Below, piece by piece: positions 57,711 through 59,663 of a stretch of DNA of 59,663 nucleotides. The notes below the pieces were generated by a model. It made no database searches, was not told the origin of the DNA, and saw only the letters and a list, made by a program, of their open reading frames with translations. This DNA is from a virus. Its lineage: Duplodnaviria > Caudoviricetes. Where the stretch lies: IMG/VR virus record IMGVR_UViG_3300031949_000041, positions 1 through 59,663 of that record; one strand, 5' to 3'. Both the position numbers and the translations under genes were made by a program. The number at the start of each line of letters is the position of its first letter. Within the stretch, counting starts at the first letter, position 1.

Positions 57711-58253
57711 ATGAGAATTTACGTAGCATCGTCGTGGCGCAACCCGTTTCAACCGTACGTCGTCTCGACGCTGCGCAGCGAAGGGCACGAGGTCTACGAC
57801 TTCCGCAATCCAACCGAGGGCGACAACGGGTTTCACTGGCGGGAGATCGATGGCGGATGGCAGGAGTGGTCGTCCGAGCGGTACGTCGCCGCGCTCTCAC
57901 ACCCTGTCGCGGAGGCGGGTTTCAAGAAGGACCGCGACGCGCTCGACTGGTGCGAAGCATGCGTGCTCGTCCTGCCGTGCGGACGGTCGGCGCACCTGGA
58001 GCTTGGGTACGCCATCGGACAGAAGAAACCCTCCGCGATCCTGATGCCCGATCCCACGGTGCCGCTCGCGCTGGTTGGCGGCCACTCGTGGCATCGGAGC
58101 GTGACGTGCTCGGCGTGTGGTGACTTGGATGGCTGCCACATGCCGGCGAAGGTGATGCAGGTCGAGCCCGAGCTGATGAACAAGCTGGCCGACCGGGTGT
58201 GCCTGTCGCTGCGCGAGGTGCGCGAATGGCTCGGCCTAAGGTGCGGATCGTGA
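57711..58253 (+). CDS. Nucleoside 2-deoxyribosyltransferase-like protein
   Basis: IYVASSWRN, GHEVYDF, D.DALDWC, GRSAHLELGYAIG. Confidence 0.8.
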   Translation: MRIYVASSWRNPFQPYVVSTLRSEGHEVYDFRNPTEGDNGFHWREIDGGWQEWSSERYVAALSHPVAEAGFKKDRDALDWCEACVLVLPCGRSAHLELGYAIGQKKPSAILMPDPTVPLALVGGHSWHRSVTCSACGDLDGCHMPAKVMQVEPELMNKLADRVCLSLREVREWLGLRCGS

Positions 58254-58495
58254 AGAAGTGGAGGCACCGATGGGGGCGCTTCATCACCCCGCTGTACTCT
58301 GAAAGGTCGCCACCCATGCTCGATGAACAAGAACTGAGAAACACACTCGCGACGGTGCGCGTCGGCGTCATCGTCCACGGCTGGGCAGCGCGCGAGGTAG
58401 TGGAGCACATCGACCGCACGCTGAGCGGTACTCTCGACGCTCGCAACAAACACTTTCTCCTCTTGGTGAACAGCCTGCGGGAGCTTATCCGATGA
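58250..58495 (+). CDS. Small protein (MKKW start, or internal ATG)
   Basis: GTGA coupling within a junction repeat. Confidence 0.45.
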   Translation: MKKWRHRWGRFITPLYSERSPPMLDEQELRNTLATVRVGVIVHGWAAREVVEHIDRTLSGTLDARNKHFLLLVNSLRELIR

Positions 58496-58722
58496 GTCAG
58501 GCGCAGTGATGGAAGTGCGGCAGCACCAAGCTCTCGGCGCGCTTTCTCCAGTACAACGAGTTGGACTACAAGAAGAGCGACGCGGACGCAGCGCGAGCGC
58601 GCGGTGAGACGCTGCCGCCTCCGGGTCGAATGGCGTCGCACCAGATGACGTGCGGCGATTGCGGCAACGTGTGGGAGGACGGCTCGGGCGACGGCGCGTT
58701 GCTCGGGGCCGGGCCTCACTGA
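58492..58722 (+). pseudogene. Zn-ribbon ORF with in-frame TGA at codon 6
   Basis: MSQAQ*WKCGSTKL...TCGDCGNVW in a single frame. Confidence 0.55.
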
Positions 58723-58738
58723 AAGACATCAGGTAGAA

Positions 58739-58927
58739 ATGTTGAAGAAACGTGTACCGCTAGCCGATCCGCGCGCTCCGCTGCGCCTCGACTTCCGCGG
58801 CTCGACGCACTGCCAGGCCGCGCGTGACGGTGACTGCGACTGGAAGCTGTGCCCGCAGGAGCGTGACGGCGAGCCGTCTCGTTCAGGGCGGCACTGCCCG
58901 CTCGACGATTGGAAGGAGAGCGACTAG
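58739..58927 (+). CDS. Small Cys-rich protein
   Basis: CQAARDGDCDWKLCPQ.RD.EP..SGRHCPLD. Confidence 0.65.
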   Translation: MLKKRVPLADPRAPLRLDFRGSTHCQAARDGDCDWKLCPQERDGEPSRSGRHCPLDDWKESD

Positions 58928-58956
58928 GTGGCGAACCGAAAGAAGTGGAGGCACCG

Positions 58957-59241
58957 ATGGCAGCGAACAACCTGAACGAAGCAATCACAGCAGCCGAAGC
59001 GTGGCAGCAGGAGCCCGACGACTTCGACGCGACCGAGGAGCTGTGCGATCTGCTCGACTACGCGCGAGCGGCAAGGGACCGCATCGCCACGCTCGAAACC
59101 CGCATCGCCACGCTCGAAGAAGCTCTGCACCATTTCGCAGACGACGAAACTCACAGCGGCGGCCGCTGGCGCATGGCGCGCGATGTGCTCGGCCTCCCTC
59201 TGCGGCCCGGCGACCGGGTAGGGTCGATGGGAGCACGATGA
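58957..59241 (+). CDS. Ead/Ea22-like small protein
   Basis: GGAGG RBS; RIATLE x2. Confidence 0.65.
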   Translation: MAANNLNEAITAAEAWQQEPDDFDATEELCDLLDYARAARDRIATLETRIATLEEALHHFADDETHSGGRWRMARDVLGLPLRPGDRVGSMGAR

Positions 59242-59468
59242 AACACTCCGAGGAGTGCGGCCTGCACTACGACCGTGAGCACGGCGAGTGTACGTGCGGC
59301 GTCGCCGAGCGGGAGGCGCTGCAAGCCCGCATCGCCACGCTCGAAGCGGCGCTCGGCGCTGCGCGCGAGTGGGCCGACCATGAGGCCGTGGGTGCGCCGC
59401 ACGCAACGTGCCCCGAGTGGACGCGGCGCCGAGAGCGCATAGACGCCGCGCTGGGAGTGAACCGATGA
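59238..59468 (+). CDS. Small protein with RIATLE motif
   Basis: ATGA coupling; H...C........CTCG. Confidence 0.6.
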   Translation: MKHSEECGLHYDREHGECTCGVAEREALQARIATLEAALGAAREWADHEAVGAPHATCPEWTRRRERIDAALGVNR

Positions 59469-59663
59469 CACCAGCCCGTATCGCGGAGCTGCGAGCGCAG
59501 GCCGCGCAGTGTGCGGAGTGGCGGCTGGTCGGCGTATTCCCGGCGGATCTGATCGAGTTGCTGCGCGCCGCAGCGAGACTGGACGCTCTGTCTGAGCGCA
59601 TCACGACGATCGCCGACGAGGCCGGGGGCGGTCTACAGCCGGTGTGCCCCGTGGAGGAGTCTC
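59465..59663 (+). CDS. Hypothetical protein spanning the circular junction (continues at 154-254)
   Basis: MTPARIAELR... reads through the terminal repeat into ORF 48-254. Confidence 0.7.
   Translation, partial: MTPARIAELRAQAAQCAEWRLVGVFPADLIELLRAAARLDALSERITTIADEAGGGLQPVCPVEES
59511..59663. repeat. Terminal direct repeat, right copy
   Basis: Matches 1-153. Confidence 0.95.

Noticed and set aside
58492-58722. Genome-wide UGA reassignment
   Set aside because: Many well-defined genes end in TGA with coupled downstream starts
54659-58959. CRISPR array or integron attC sites
   Set aside because: Spacing is irregular and gene-sized, the repeats are not palindromic, and no cas or intI gene is present

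Overview
The window is an apparently complete, circularly permuted tailed-phage genome. Bases 1-153 recur at 59511-59663 with one mismatch, giving a unit length of about 59,510 bp. The left ~34.8 kb is one minus-strand morphogenesis and lysis operon: terminases, portal, MuF, scaffold, capsid, contractile Mu-like tail and baseplate, several fibre/spike genes and an endolysin. The right arm is mostly plus-strand. It carries an O-like replication initiator with iterons, RuvC, a DNA MTase, Bet/Exo recombination genes, a nucleotide-modification cluster and a dense array of small genes. I found no integrase, transposase, DNA polymerase, helicase, tRNA or CRISPR array. The standout is a coupled cluster of DUF5131, HAD phosphatase, small ORF, PurZ-like synthetase and a DUF1599/Nmad1-dUTPase fusion. 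It looks like a 2-aminoadenine (Z) pathway lacking the usual DatZ, MazZ and DpoZ partners. Other notable signals are small-gene cassettes joined by repeated stop-RBS-start sequences, twin inverted promoters feeding structured RNA leaders, a Pro/Leu/Ser repeat protein beside the spike gene, and a Zn-ribbon gene with UGA at a Cys position. A myxobacterial host is a weak inference. All family calls come from motifs recognised by eye and from gene order; no searches were run. Several apparent frameshifts could be sequence errors.
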